DNA of 64,000 bases from Octopus bimaculoides. Taxonomy: Eukaryota. A model generated the notes under the pieces. That model was not told the DNA's origin and did not search any database. It saw only the letters and a list, made by a program, of their open reading frames with translations. Shown one piece after another: positions 63,918 through 64,000 of this stretch. The position numbers and the translations under genes are program-made. The number at the start of each line of letters is the position of its first letter. Within the stretch, counting starts at the first letter, position 1. The stretch is from the NCBI RefSeq assembly GCF_001194135.2, contig NC_068984.1, forward strand, positions 93,202,743 to 93,266,742, written 5' to 3'.

Positions 63918-64000
63918 TAATAATAACAACAACAACACCATCGAAAAATACCTTAGGAATGAGAAACCAGGTTCAAAATTTCCCCAAGACACCTGATGAA
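63545..64000. mobile_element. Head-to-head palindromic element: tRNA-like head + (AAT)n + hammerhead module, truncated by the window end
   Basis: Symmetry axis at 63794 (ccgtgg c ccacgg). A-box tggcatagtgg and B-box gagttc(g/a)attcc on both arms. The right arm ends at the window edge in gacacctgatgaa. Confidence 0.85.
63594..63639 (-). ncRNA. Minimal type I hammerhead ribozyme (second copy, ACGU mutated to ACAU)
   Basis: The minus strand reads GACAC CUGAUGA A GGCUG GAGGGUAUAU CAGCC GAAA CAUU GUGUU. Confidence 0.7.

Overview
Eukaryotic, AT-rich, repeat-dense genomic DNA with scaffold N-gaps. The repeat repertoire (RTE LINEs with (GAT)n tails, Penelope-like elements, TTAA MITEs, long microsatellites) resembles an octopus/coleoid cephalopod genome; this is an inference from recall, not a database result. 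The window is almost exactly one + strand gene, a DMTF1 (cyclin-D-binding Myb-like transcription factor 1) orthologue. I assembled 15 coding exons by hand (447..58945; 1686 nt, 561 aa) with consistent phases. One intron needs a non-canonical GC-AG donor. The introns hold degenerate transposons: RTE, L1/Tx1-like and RLE-type non-LTR elements, Penelope-like elements, Gypsy, two mariners, Tigger/pogo, piggyBac plus derived MITEs, a Helitron and SINEs. The most unusual items are (1) minimal type I hammerhead ribozymes, including a head-to-head palindromic element made of a tRNA-like Pol III head, (AAT)n and a hammerhead, next to Penelope-like sequence; (2) an intron at the same position as the human DMTF1 alpha/beta splice switch, with a long CA-rich array and a candidate truncating acceptor; (3) the GC-AG donor and an alternative C-terminus option; (4) a piggyBac relic whose ends match the local MITE family, nested in a Tigger element. 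TE boundaries are approximate unless TIRs/TSDs are cited. No alignments or searches were run.
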